A DNA stretch of 64,000 nucleotides, taken from contig CAVYTA010000006.1 in assembly GCA_963771355.1 (NCBI GenBank), positions 128,001 to 192,000 of the forward strand, written 5' to 3'. Numbering within the stretch: position 1 is the first letter of the stretch; every line of letters begins with the position of its first letter. The stretch comes from an uncultured Candidatus Rokubacteria bacterium. Its GTDB lineage: Bacteria > Methylomirabilota > Methylomirabilia > Rokubacteriales > CSP1-6. Positions 47,820 to 58,410 of this stretch are shown here, piece after piece. Position numbers and translations under genes: made by a program. The notes under the pieces are model-generated. The model worked only from the letters and a program-made list of their open reading frames with translations, did not search any database and was not told where the DNA came from.

Positions 47820-47849
47820 ACACGGGCTCGAATCCCGTTGGGGCCACCA
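47820..47849 (+). mobile_element. 3' fragment of a tRNA (Glu-like), probable att-site remnant
   Basis: ACACGGGCTCGAATCCCGTTGGGGCCACCA = T-arm (TTC changed to CTC), acceptor strand and CCA; no 5' half upstream. Confidence 0.75.
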
Positions 47850-48322
47850 CTGCTTAGTCAATTGGTTTTTCAGCAAACGAGTCACGAGCCCGTTGAGAAT
47901 CGGGTCGAGCCGGCCTTCGCCGCGCAATTCGTACAAGCGGTCACCTGCCGGCGTCGTGACGGGCAGAACACGAGCCGCTCCGCACGGGCTTAAAGACCGT
48001 CTGGCGCGCCTGTGCGGCATTCCCCAGGAGGGCCCGCGGCGCCCCTCTCAAGTCCGGCGCCGCCACGCCCTGATCAGATCGGCTCGGGGGCGCGGCGGAC
48101 GCTGTCGTGCCTGCGCAGCGAGGCGCCATCGGCGCTATCCGGCCGCCCCGCCGGCCGGTTGACGGCGGCATGTTCCGGCATAGCATGCCCCTTACCCGGC
48201 CGGCTCGCTCGACGTGTGAAGAGACCGTTAATGTGCGCTGTGCTGCGGCTACTGAGGAAGGCCCGCCCGCCGCGGTGCTTCGGCTCCTGGGACGGCCGGG
48301 CGTCCGAGTCCGGCGCCATATG

Positions 48323-48380
48323 TCGGGTAGACGGAGACCAAGAACGCACAGTATGATCGGGTTGACGGAGACCAAGAACG
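48323..48380. repeat. 24-bp direct repeat overlapping a candidate promoter
   Basis: TCGGGT(A/T)GACGGAGACCAAGAACG at 48323-48346 and 48357-48380; TAGACG-N18-TATGAT within. Confidence 0.85.
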
Positions 48381-48420
48381 GGGCGACCGCCGCCGCCCGC
48401 ACGCTCGGAGGGGGGGCTTC

Positions 48421-51400
48421 ATGCCGCCTGCCAAGACGACCCGTCCCTTCCTGGCAGCCACGGTAGCCCGGCCGCGCCTGTTCCGCCGGCTGGACCGCGC
48501 AGGACGGCGGCCGGTGACGTGGGTGTGGGGACCGCCCGGCGCCGGGAAGACAACGCGGGTCGCCAGCTACCTCGCCGCCCGAGGCTGAGCGGGCTGCTGG
48601 TATCAGGTGGACGCCGGCGACGGTGACGTCGCGTCTTTCTTCTACTACCTCGGCCATGCTGCCCCGCGGCGCCGGCGACCGCTGCCGCTGCTGATGCCCG
48701 AGTATCGCCATGGGCTCACCATCTTCGCGCGCCGATACTTCCGCGAGCTCTACGCTCGACTGAAGACGCCATTCACGGTGGTCTTCGACAACTACCAGGA
48801 GGCCCCCGGCGACGCTCCGCTGCACGAGGTGATGGGGTACGCGCTCGACGAGATCCCGGCGGGCGGGCGCGTGATCGTGATCAGCCGCAGCGAGCCTCCC
48901 CGGATCTCGCCCGCCACCGCGCCCGGCGCATGCTCGAGATCGTGGACTGGCCCGAGCTTCGCTTCACCGCGCACGGAAGCCACCGCGTTGGTACGGAAGC
49001 TCGCCCCCCGCCCGTGGGCCGCCGAGACGATCCGCTCGCTCGCACGCCTCGCGCGGACGGCTGGGTGGCCGGTCTCGTGCTGCGCCTCGAGCAGGCTCGC
49101 AGCGACCCCGGGCCCGAGGGCCGCGGCCGTCCTCGGAGGTGCTGTTCGACTACTTCGCGGGCGAGATCTTCAGCATCTCCGATCCCGAGACGCAGGACGT
49201 GCTGCTCCGGACCGCGTTCCTGCCGCGGGTGACGGCGTCGATGGCGGAGCAGCTCACCGGGCAGCCGAGGGCTGGTGAGATCTTGCGCCGCACTCCACGC
49301 GCGCAACTACTTCACGAACCGACAGGCCGACGACGGCGAGGCCACGTACGAGTACCATCCGCTGTTCCGCGACTTTCTCCTGTCGCAGGCGATGCGGGTC
49401 TACGGACCCGAGGCCGCGAGCGAAGATCCGGCGGGCGGCGGCGGGCCTTCTCGACGCCGCCGGGCTGATCGAGGCGGCGGCCGGCCTCCTGCGTGACGCC
49501 GAGGACTGGGAAGGGCTCGCGCAGCTGATTCACCGCCACGCCCAGAGCCTGCTGGCCCAGGGTCGTGCCCAGACACTGCAGGAGTGGCTGGACTGCATCC
49601 CGGACGCGATCCTCGGCGAGCAGCCATGGCTCCTGTTCTGGCGCGGTATCGGCTGGCTGGGTCGGCGCCACGCCGACTCACGGCGCAGCCTGGAGCGGGC
49701 GTTCACGGCGTTCCGCATCCACGGTGACACGGTCGGGATGTTCCTGGCCTGGGCGGGCGTGATCTTCGCCCTCATGAGCGAGGGCGAGCTCGTCCCCATG
49801 GACCGCTGGATCGCGCTGCTCGACGAGATCATGCATGAGCGCCGCCTTTCCCGTCGAAGGGCGTCGAGACTCGCGTGGCGACCGCCATGCTCATCGCGCT
49901 CGCGTTCCGGCAGCCGCACCATCCCCGAGCGCGCGACTGGGCCCAGCGGGCGATCGAGATGGCGAGGCACCATCCGGACCCGGCCCTCCGGACGATGGCC
50001 GCCGCCGGGTGGCTGCAGTACCAGATGCAGCAGGGCGACCTGTCGAACGCGACGGGCGTGGTCGACGAGATGCGGGCTCTCCTGCGCACCCGCGACGTCT
50101 CCCCGGTCATGGCGGTGAACGCCAGCATGACGGTGGCGTGGTACGAGGCGTTGAAGGCGGTGCCGTCGTACCGGGACACCGTGAGCCAGGTGATCGAACG
50201 AGCGCAGGCGACGGGAATCTTCTACAGCGCACGACACGTGGTACTCAGTGCTGGCCTTCTGGGGGCCCTGAGCGACGGGGATCTCGAGACCGCGGCCAGG
50301 TGGCTTCGCCAGCTGGAACGGGACGTTCACCTCCTGGGACCGATGTTCCGGTTCCTGCTTCACTGGTTCCTCGTCTGGGAGCCCTCGTCCGGCAGGACAT
50401 CCCGCGGGCGGGCGCGTCCAGCCCGAGATGCTCAGGTGCCGTGCTCGATGGGCAGCTCCTGGACGAGGCGGTCGGCCAGGCTTGGAACGGCCCACGAGCT
50501 GCACCGAATGGACAGCACGGAGAGGCGCGGGAGCACCTGGCGCGCGGGCTCGAGATCGCGCGCGTCACGGGCAGCGCCTAGTCGAGTTCATGGCACGTCA
50601 GACCGAGGCGCACTCGGTCTGGACGGCACCCGGGCGGCGAAGGCTGCGGGCGCTCGCCACCGCGATGGCGCTGGGACGCGAGCGGGGCTACGTCAACTCG
50701 CACATCTGGCTGCCGGCCGTCATGGCCCGCCTGTGCGCGCGCGCGCTCGGCGCGGGCATCGAGGTGGAGTACGTGCGTGGCCTCGTCCAGCGGCGTGGCC
50801 TCGTCCCGGAGACTCCGCCGCTGGAGGTCGAGACGTGGCCCTGGCCCATCAAGATCTTCGCGCTCGGACAGCTCGAAGTCCTCCGCGATGGTGAGCCGGT
50901 TCGGTTCGCCCACAAGGTCCAGCGCAAGCCACTGGCCCTGCTCAAGGCACTGATCGCCTTCGGTGGTCGCGCGGTCCGCGAGGACCTCGTGATGGACGCG
51001 CTCTGGCCCGATGCCGACGGCGATGCCGCTCGGGTAGCGCTGGCGAGCGCGCTGCACCGGCTGCGAAGACTCCTCGGCCACGAGCCGGCCATCCGCAGGC
51101 AGGAAGGCCAGCTGAGCCTGGACGCCCGACGGTGCTGGGTAGACGTCTGGGCCGTCGAGCGCCTGCTGGAACGCGCCGAGTCCGCCGCCGATCCCAGGCC
51201 GTCACGCGACGGGCGCTCGATCTCTGCCGGGGCGCATCGCTCGATGGGCGCGGGGGAGAGATTCCGCAGATGTCGGCGCTGGTCGACAGGCTGCGTCGGC
51301 GCCTGCTCCGACAGCTCGTTCGCATCGGGCAACAGTGCGCGCAGGCAGCGCAGTGGCAGGAGGCGGTGGATTGGTACGACGAGGCCATCGGCGTGGATCC

Positions 51401-51569
51401 CTCCGCCGAGGATGTCTATCGCCGGCTCATGTCCGCCTACCGCGGCCTGGGCCGGCCCATCGAGGTCGCGGACACCTACCGGCGTTGCCGGGCTGCCCTC
51501 GCCACTCATCTCGGCACGTCGCCGTCGGCCGCGACCCGCGCGCTGCTGGACGCCGCACCTCCCGGATAG
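48421..51569 (+). pseudogene. MalT-like STAND ATPase-TPR-wHTH-BTAD transcriptional regulator, multiply disrupted
   Basis: RPRLF..GPPGAGKTT, VFDNYQE, LFDYFAGEIF, YHPLFRDFL, LALLKALIA..LWPDADGD, EDVYRRLM; in-frame TGA at 48586 and many frameshifts. Confidence 0.85.
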
Positions 51570-51883
51570 CCGGGCCTGCTCTTTTAGCGGGCTGCCACCG
51601 CCATTCCGGCGTCGCCGCAACTACGCTGTTTTGACTCGCCGGACGGCACCTGCCCGTGACGTGTGGCCCGTGAGGTCTCGAGGGACCGCCGCCGTCGATC
51701 CAGTCGAACCGGAACACGATCGGTCATCGCGCAGGGCTAGTGTCGCCAGCATGCACACCCGAAACAGGCCGCACGCGTGAGGGCGGGCGAGGTGCCGCAG
51801 GTGTGCCGTCCGCATGACTGTTTGACCGGGCACAGAGCCCAGCGGGGGCCGACAGGACCTCCCGGGCGTGAGAGGAGAGCGAG

Positions 51884-53073
51884 ATGAAGCTCCGGAAACT
51901 TCCTGCGCTCATCGGTGTGGCCATCTCGACGATGGCCGTCCTGTTCTCGAACTCGCCAAGCGCGGCGCATCTGCTGGCGAGGAGTACCACCGAGGTGCTC
52001 CGCTTCGACGAGATCACAGGTGCGTTCGTCGACGTCTTCATCCCGTTGGGAGACCCCGACGAGTTTCCCCGCATGACTTTCGGTCCGGATGGCGCCTTGT
52101 ATATACCGGTCAACGCCGACGTCCTTCGCTTCAATGGCTTCACCGGGACATTTCCTCGGTGTCTTCGTCCCGGAGGGGAGCGGTGGCCTTCACCTTCCCG
52201 GCAAGGTGGTCTTCGGCCCGGATTGCAGCCTCTACGTGGCGGGCGAGTTTAAGAACGGCGGAGCCGAGGTGCTCCGCTACCAGGGCAAGACGGGAGACTT
52301 CGTGGATGTCTTCGTGCCGCCGGGCAGCGGCGGCCTCGCAGGAATGCGGACATGGTCTTCGGCCCGGATGGCGATCTGTACGTGGGCACCAAAGCGCGGT
52401 GTAGCGGCACGGGGATGTTCTCCGCTACGACGGAAGGACCGGAGAGTTCCTCGGTACATTCGTCCCGGCGGGGGCAGGCGGGCTGAATTTCGCCGACCAC
52501 CTTGCCTTCGGACCGGACGGCAACCTCTACGTGTCGCCCTCGTCTCAGACGAGCTGCCGAGAATCTACAAGTTCGACGGGACCACGGGGGCGTTCCTCGA
52601 TGTGTTCGGCCAGGATCTGGACAGACGACTCCGGTTCAGCCACATCAGCGCGATTGCCTTCGGGCCGGACGGCCTCCTGTACGTCAGCTTGGTGGTTAGC
52701 TTCAGGTTTAGCCTCGAGGCCATCTTTCGGTACGATGCCGAGACCGGAGCCCCCCTCGGCGCTTCATCCAGCGGCGGCGCCGGTCGAGGTCTACTCTCTC
52801 GCGTTCACCCCCAGGCTCGATCTGACGCTGATCGACGACATCGTGGCTCTTTTCGCGATGTCGCCTGCCGTCGGGTTCCGAGGCGAGCCTGAAGCTTAGC
52901 TGCGAAACGCCCGCGTCGCCATCAATGAGGGCCGTCTCATACCCGCGGGTAACGAGCTCAACGCCTTCAAGAACAAGGTCCAGGCGAACACGGGGAATCT
53001 GATCCCGGTGCCCCAGGCGAACCGTATGGTCATCGCCGCCGACGCGCTCAGGAACACGCTGGCCTGCCGGTAG
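51884..53073 (+). pseudogene. Secreted NHL-like beta-propeller protein with C-terminal FIMAH-like domain, disrupted
   Basis: Signal peptide; five FGPD(G/C)xLY(V/I) repeats with R(Y/F)DGxTGxF-like repeats across frames; in-frame TAG at 52897 before LNAFKNKVQANTG..QANRMV. Confidence 0.75.
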
Positions 53074-53325
53074 CGCGGCGGTCAGCCGAGGCCACTGCTC
53101 GTCGCCGAAGCGCGGCGGCGAGCAGAAACGAAACGCATCAGGCGAGGTCCCGGAGCCTCACGACGTTCAGGGGCTGCACCGGCCTCGCCAGACCCTTCAC
53201 GAGGAGTGGTTCCGGCCGCGGGAGGAGGGGAACAGCGAGAATTCTCAGAGCGTACCCCAACGTCACCGTTGGCCCGGGTTCGGGCCGGCTTGACTCCGCG
53301 CTCCCGGGAGGGCAGCATCCTGGCC

Positions 53326-54309
53326 ATGACCACCCAGGCGACCGATCCCCGGCTCGATCTCGAGCAGCACCTCCACATGTACCGGCAGATGGCGAAGATC
53401 CGCGCCTTCGAGGAGCAGGTGAACGAGCTCTACAAGGGCGCCAAGATGCCCGGCCTGGCCCACCTCTACGTGGGCGAGGAGGGGGTGGCGGTGGGCGTCT
53501 GCGAGGCGCTGCGCCGCGACGACCTCATCACCAGCACGCATCGCGGCCATGGGCACTGTCTGGCCAAGGGCGCGACGGTGAACCGGATGTTCGCGGAGCT
53601 CCTCGGCAAGGAGTCGGGCTACTGCCGCGGCAAGGGCGGCTCCATGCACATCGCCGACCCCGAGTCGGGGAATCTGGGCGCCAATGCCATCGTGGGCGGC
53701 TCGGCCGGCATCGCCACCGGCGCCGCGCTGTCGGCCAAGATGCGGGGGACCGACCAGGTGGCGGTGTGCTTCTTCGGCGACGGCGCGCTGGGGCAGGGGC
53801 TCCTCTACGAGACCATGAACATGGCCGCGCTCTGGAAGCTGCCGGTCATCTACGTGTGCGAGAACAATCTCTACGGCGAGTACACCCCCGGCAGCGAGAC
53901 GATCGCGGGGGAGATCCTGGCGCGCGCCCGTGCCTTCGGCATCCCGGCGGAGTCGGTGGACGGCCAGGACGTCCAGGCGGTGCACGCCACCATGAAGCGG
54001 CTGGTCGAGCGCGGGCGGCGCGGCGAGGGGCCGGCCTTTCTCGAGTGCAAGACCTACCGCTACTACGGGCACCACGTGGGCGACGTCAACCGCGAGTACC
54101 GCACGCGCGAGGAAGAGAAGGAGTGGATGACCGGGCGCGATCCGCTCCTGACGCTGTCCGGGCGGCTCATGGGACAGCGCCTGGCCGAGCAGGAGGTCTT
54201 CGACCGCATCCAGCTCGACGTGAAGAAGGAGATCGAGAGCGGCGTGGAGTATGCCCTGGCCGCGCCGTTCCCCGACCCGCGCCAGGTGGACGAGGACGTC
54301 TACGCCTGA
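53326..54309 (+). CDS. TPP-dependent 2-oxoacid/acetoin dehydrogenase E1 alpha subunit
   Basis: STHRGHGH, GKGGSMH, FFGDGA..CENN, TYRYYGH. Confidence 0.93.
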   Translation: MTTQATDPRLDLEQHLHMYRQMAKIRAFEEQVNELYKGAKMPGLAHLYVGEEGVAVGVCEALRRDDLITSTHRGHGHCLAKGATVNRMFAELLGKESGYCRGKGGSMHIADPESGNLGANAIVGGSAGIATGAALSAKMRGTDQVAVCFFGDGALGQGLLYETMNMAALWKLPVIYVCENNLYGEYTPGSETIAGEILARARAFGIPAESVDGQDVQAVHATMKRLVERGRRGEGPAFLECKTYRYYGHHVGDVNREYRTREEEKEWMTGRDPLLTLSGRLMGQRLAEQEVFDRIQLDVKKEIESGVEYALAAPFPDPRQVDEDVYA

Positions 54310-54322
54310 GCGCCGATCGCGC

Positions 54323-55516
54323 CTAGATCGCGCCCTCCGCGGCGAGGGCGTGGATCTGCGCGTCGGTATAGCCCAGCTCCGCCAGGATCTCTTCCCGGTG
54401 CTGGCCGAGCAGCGGTGACGGCCCGATCGTGGTCGGCGAGTCGGAGAGCTTGATCGGATTGCCGACGGTGAGATAGCGCCCCCGCACCGGGTGCTCCACC
54501 TCGACGATCATGTCACGGGCGAGGAGGTGGGGGTCGGCCAGCACCTCGCCGGTGTCCAGACAGGCGCCGCACGGCACGCCGGCGCCGGCCAGGATCCGCA
54601 TGACGTCGTGCTTGGCCCGGGTGACCGTCCACGCTTCCACCAGGGCGTCCACGTCCGCCCGATGCTGCCAGCGGGCCTCCGGCGTCTCGTAGCGCGCGTC
54701 CCCCACCAGATCCTCGCGCCCGATGGCGCGCAGCAGCGGGTGCCACATCTGCTGCTGCACGAAGATGAAGACATAGTCGTTGGGCCCGCCGGGATGGCAG
54801 CGATACGTCGTGCCGGGCACGCCCGCCCCGAGCTGATTCCCGGTCCGCGCCATGGTCCGCCCGTAGCGCTGATGGTCGCGCAGGCTGACGCGCATCAGGT
54901 TGACCACCGCGTCCTGCATGGACACCTCCACCTGCTGGCCCTGGCCGGTGGCGTGCCGCTGCATGAGCGCGGCGAGGATCCCGATCACGCAGTGCATGCC
55001 GGTGCCGGAATCGCCGATGGACGGCCAGACATAGGTGGGCGGGCCGTCCGCCGAGCCCGTCACGCTCATGGCCCCGCCCATGGCCTGGGCGATCGGCTCG
55101 TAGCTCTTGTAGTCGCGGTACGGCCCGTAGGAGCCGAAGCCCTTGATGCTCGCGTAGACCAGGCGCGGGTTGAGGGCGTGGACGGCCGGATACCCCCAGC
55201 CGAGGCGCTCGATGACGCCGGGACCGAAGTTCTCCAGCAGCACGTCGGCCGTCTTCAGCAGGGTGCCGAAGACCTCGCCGCCCCGCGGGTGCTTGAGGTT
55301 GAGCGTCAGGCTCCGCTTGTTGGCGTTGAAGGCGAGGAAGAAGAGGGCGTCGGCGTCCGGCCGGTCGCGCTGGCTATAGCGCGCGACGTCGCCCTTGCCC
55401 GGCTCCTCGACTTTGACCACGTCGGCGCCGAGCCAGGCCAGGATCTGGCCGCACGAAGGCCCCGCCTGGTTATTGGTGAGGTCGACGACACGGATCCCGG
55501 CGAGCGCCCCCTTCAT
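54323..55516 (-). CDS. Class III CoA-transferase (formyl-CoA transferase-like)
   Basis: LAGIRVVDLT..AGPSC, NANKRSLTLNLK, ENFGPG, IGDSGTGMH; start 55516 or 55522. Confidence 0.92.
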   Translation of the reverse strand: MKGALAGIRVVDLTNNQAGPSCGQILAWLGADVVKVEEPGKGDVARYSQRDRPDADALFFLAFNANKRSLTLNLKHPRGGEVFGTLLKTADVLLENFGPGVIERLGWGYPAVHALNPRLVYASIKGFGSYGPYRDYKSYEPIAQAMGGAMSVTGSADGPPTYVWPSIGDSGTGMHCVIGILAALMQRHATGQGQQVEVSMQDAVVNLMRVSLRDHQRYGRTMARTGNQLGAGVPGTTYRCHPGGPNDYVFIFVQQQMWHPLLRAIGREDLVGDARYETPEARWQHRADVDALVEAWTVTRAKHDVMRILAGAGVPCGACLDTGEVLADPHLLARDMIVEVEHPVRGRYLTVGNPIKLSDSPTTIGPSPLLGQHREEILAELGYTDAQIHALAAEGAI

Positions 55517-55645
55517 CGCCACACATCCCTACCACAGCGTCGGCGACAGGTCGAGATCACGTCTCGTGCCCCCCGGAACGAGAACGACCGGCGGAGGCGC
55601 CCGGGGACCTTGACTCCGTGACGCGCCCATCGCAGTCTCGGGGTC

Positions 55646-56122
55646 ATGGCCACCCTCCAGCTCCGCGTGAACGGCAGCGCCCGCACCGTCCAGCTCGACG
55701 ATCCCGACACGCCGCTGCTCTACGTCCTTCGAAATGATCTCGACCTCACCGGCGCCCACTTCGGCTGCGGTCTCGCCCAGTGCGGCGCGTGCACGGTGCA
55801 CGTGGACGGCGCCGCGGTGCCGTCCTGCATCACGCCCGCGGCGAGCGTCCAGGGCCGCGAGGTGACCACCGTCGAGGGGCTCGGCTCGCCCGAGCGGCCG
55901 GACCCCGTGCAGGCGGCCTTCATCGCCGAGCAGGCGGCGCAGTGCGGCTACTGCACCGCCGGCATCGTCATGACCGCGCGCGCCTTGCTCAACCGCAACC
56001 CGAAGCCCAGCGAGGCCGACGTGCGGCAAGCTCTGGCCGGCAATCTCTGCCGCTGCGGCAGCCATGCCCGGGTGCTGCGTGCCGTCATGCGCGCGGCCTC
56101 CGGCGCGCCGGGAGGCCGCTGA
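55646..56122 (+). CDS. (2Fe-2S)-binding small subunit (IorA/NdhS-like)
   Basis: FGCGLAQCGAC, QCGYC, NLCRC. Confidence 0.95.
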   Translation: MATLQLRVNGSARTVQLDDPDTPLLYVLRNDLDLTGAHFGCGLAQCGACTVHVDGAAVPSCITPAASVQGREVTTVEGLGSPERPDPVQAAFIAEQAAQCGYCTAGIVMTARALLNRNPKPSEADVRQALAGNLCRCGSHARVLRAVMRAASGAPGGR

Positions 56123-56123
56123 G

Positions 56124-58376
56124 ATGGCCGCTCCCGAGATCTCCCGCCGCGAGGTCCTCGTGAGCGGGCTCAAGGCCGGCGGCGTGCTCGTGGTCGGGGT
56201 CACCCTCGGCGGCCGGCCGTTGCCCGCGGCCGCCCAGACCGTGCCCAACGCCGATCGCTTCCTCGGCAAGCCGCTGGCCCCGGATCAGGTGGACTCGTTC
56301 CTCGCCATCCACCGCGACGGCACCCTGACGCTCTTCACCGGCAAGGTGGACATCGGCACCGGCGGCCGCATCGCGCTGCGCCAGATGGTGGCCGAGGAGC
56401 TCGACGTCGCACCGGAGCGCATCGCCCTCATCGAGGGCGACACTGCGCTCACGCCCGACCAGGCGCGCACCGCCGGCAGCTACGGCATCGCCCGCGGCGG
56501 CATGCAGCTCCGGCAGGCGGCGGCCACTGCCCGCGTGGCGCTGCTGGGCCTCGCGGCGCCGCGACTGGGCCGGCCCGCGGGCGACCTCGAAGTGTGGGAC
56601 GGTGCCGTCCGCGTGAAGGGCGGCGGGGCATCTGTGGGCTTCGGCGACCTGATCGGCGACCAGGCCCTTGGCCTCGCGCTGGATCCCAAGGCCCCCCTCA
56701 AGGATCCGCGCGGCTTCCGCTTCATCGGGAAGTCCCTGCCGCGGCCCGACATCCCCGCGAAGGTCACCGGCCGCCATCTCTACGTCAACGACGTGAAGGT
56801 GCCGCGGATGCTCCACGCCCGCGTGATCCATCCGCCCGCCGTCGGCGCCACCCTGCGCTCGGTGGACGAGGCCTCGATCGCGGGCATCCCCGGCGCGCGC
56901 GTGGCTCGAATCGAGAGCTTGGTGGCGGTGGTGGCCGAGCGGGAGTGGGACGCGGTGCGCGGAGCGCGCCGGCTCAAGACCGAGTGGACGGGGGGAACGC
57001 CGCTACCCGATCACGCCACGCTCTTCGACACCATGCGGGCGAGCCCGCCCGTGCGCGAGCAGGTGGTGGCGAAGAAGGGAGATCTGTCCGCGCTGGCCGC
57101 GCCCGGCGCGGGGGTGCGCACGCTCGCGGCCACCTACCGCTGGCCACTGCAGACGCACGGCACCATGGGGCCGGCCTGCGGCGTGGCCGACGTGCGCGCC
57201 GACGGAGCCACCATCTGGAGCTCCACCCAGGGCCCGCACCAGTACCAGGCGGTGTACGCGCGGATTCTCGGGCTGCCGCGCGAGCGCGTCCGGGTCATCT
57301 TCGTGGACGGCGCCGGCACCTACGGGCAGGCGGGCGCCGAGGACGCGGCCTGCGAGGCGATGCTGCTCTCCCGGGCGCTGGGCCGCCCGGTGCGCGTGCA
57401 GTGGACCCGGCAAGATGAGCACGGGTGGGATCCCAAGGGCCCGCCGCAGCTCCTCGAGCTCCGCGCGGCCGTGGACGAGCGGGGCGCCGTGGCGGCGTGG
57501 GAGACGCGCGCCTGGCTGCCGGTGGCGACGGCGAACCTGCCGGGGGTGCCCTTGCTCGCTCCCGACGCGGCGAAGATCGCCCAGCCGCAGGGCCGGTCCA
57601 CCGGCCTCATCCACCAGAACGTCGATCCGCCGTACGGCTTCGCCAACATGCACGCGACGGTGCACTGGCTCGCGGACGCGCCCCTTCGCACCTCCGCCCT
57701 CCGCGCGCCGGGCAAGATCGCCAACAGCTTCGCGGTGGAGTCCTTCACCGACGAGATCGCGGCCCTGGCCCGCGTCGATCCGCTCGAGTTCCGCCTGCGT
57801 CATCTCACCAATCCGCGAGGGATCGAGGTGCTGCGCGCACTGGCGGGACGCATGGGCTGGCAGGCGCGGCCCTCGCCGCGGGGGGGAGATCCGGCGGCGG
57901 CGGTGCTCGCCGGGCGGGGCCTCGCCTACGTCCACTACAAGCACGACGAGACCCTGGTCGCGATGGGGATGGAGGTCGAGGTGGAGCGCGCGACCGGGCG
58001 CATCCGCGTGAAGCGGGTGGTCTGCGCCCAGGACTGTGGCCTGGTCATCAATCCCGACAACGTGCGCAGCCAGGTGGAGGGCAATATCCTCCAGACGCTC
58101 AGCCGCGCGCTGCACGAGGACGTGGTCTTCGACCGGCAGCGGGTGACGTCGGTGGATTGGGCGAGCTACCCGATCCTGACCTTCCCGGAGGTACCGGTGC
58201 TCGAGATCGAGCTGATCCAGCGCCTCGGCGAGCCACCGCTCGGCACGGGGGAGGCCGCATCCGCGCCGGTGCCCGCGGCGCTCAGCAATGCCGTGTTCGA
58301 CGCCACCGGCGTCCGCCTGCGCACCGTCCCCTTCCGGCCCGACCGCGTGAAGGCGGCGCTGGCCGGGAGGGGTTGA
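56124..58376 (+). CDS. Molybdopterin-binding large subunit (IorB/nicotinate dehydrogenase-like), Tat-like signal
   Basis: SRREVL, GKVDIGTG, LRAPG, DCGLVINPD, GTGE, NAVFDATGVRLR. Confidence 0.92.
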   Translation: MAAPEISRREVLVSGLKAGGVLVVGVTLGGRPLPAAAQTVPNADRFLGKPLAPDQVDSFLAIHRDGTLTLFTGKVDIGTGGRIALRQMVAEELDVAPERIALIEGDTALTPDQARTAGSYGIARGGMQLRQAAATARVALLGLAAPRLGRPAGDLEVWDGAVRVKGGGASVGFGDLIGDQALGLALDPKAPLKDPRGFRFIGKSLPRPDIPAKVTGRHLYVNDVKVPRMLHARVIHPPAVGATLRSVDEASIAGIPGARVARIESLVAVVAEREWDAVRGARRLKTEWTGGTPLPDHATLFDTMRASPPVREQVVAKKGDLSALAAPGAGVRTLAATYRWPLQTHGTMGPACGVADVRADGATIWSSTQGPHQYQAVYARILGLPRERVRVIFVDGAGTYGQAGAEDAACEAMLLSRALGRPVRVQWTRQDEHGWDPKGPPQLLELRAAVDERGAVAAWETRAWLPVATANLPGVPLLAPDAAKIAQPQGRSTGLIHQNVDPPYGFANMHATVHWLADAPLRTSALRAPGKIANSFAVESFTDEIAALARVDPLEFRLRHLTNPRGIEVLRALAGRMGWQARPSPRGGDPAAAVLAGRGLAYVHYKHDETLVAMGMEVEVERATGRIRVKRVVCAQDCGLVINPDNVRSQVEGNILQTLSRALHEDVVFDRQRVTSVDWASYPILTFPEVPVLEIELIQRLGEPPLGTGEAASAPVPAALSNAVFDATGVRLRTVPFRPDRVKAALAGRG

Positions 58377-58382
58377 GAACCC

Positions 58383-58402
58383 GGGGACGGGGCCCCATCC
58401 CC
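58383..58402. terminator. Short GC inverted repeat between convergent genes
   Basis: GGGGACGGGGCCCCATCCCC. Confidence 0.45.
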
Positions 58403-58410
58403 ACTCCTCG

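Noticed and set aside
47775..47849. Complete tRNA gene
   Set aside because: Only the T-arm and 3' acceptor strand are present; upstream sequence cannot form the acceptor 5' strand, D arm or anticodon arm and overlaps the Uma2 promoter
48323..48380. Mini-CRISPR
   Set aside because: Only two repeats, a 10-bp spacer and no cas genes
48586..48588. Selenocysteine or programmed read-through at the in-frame TGA
   Set aside because: Non-catalytic position in a gene with many other lesions; no evident SECIS
53207..53223. TGGTTCCGGCCGCGGGA as a second tRNA-like att site closing the island
   Set aside because: Different sequence and opposite orientation from the 47820 fragment, with no T-loop; could be chance
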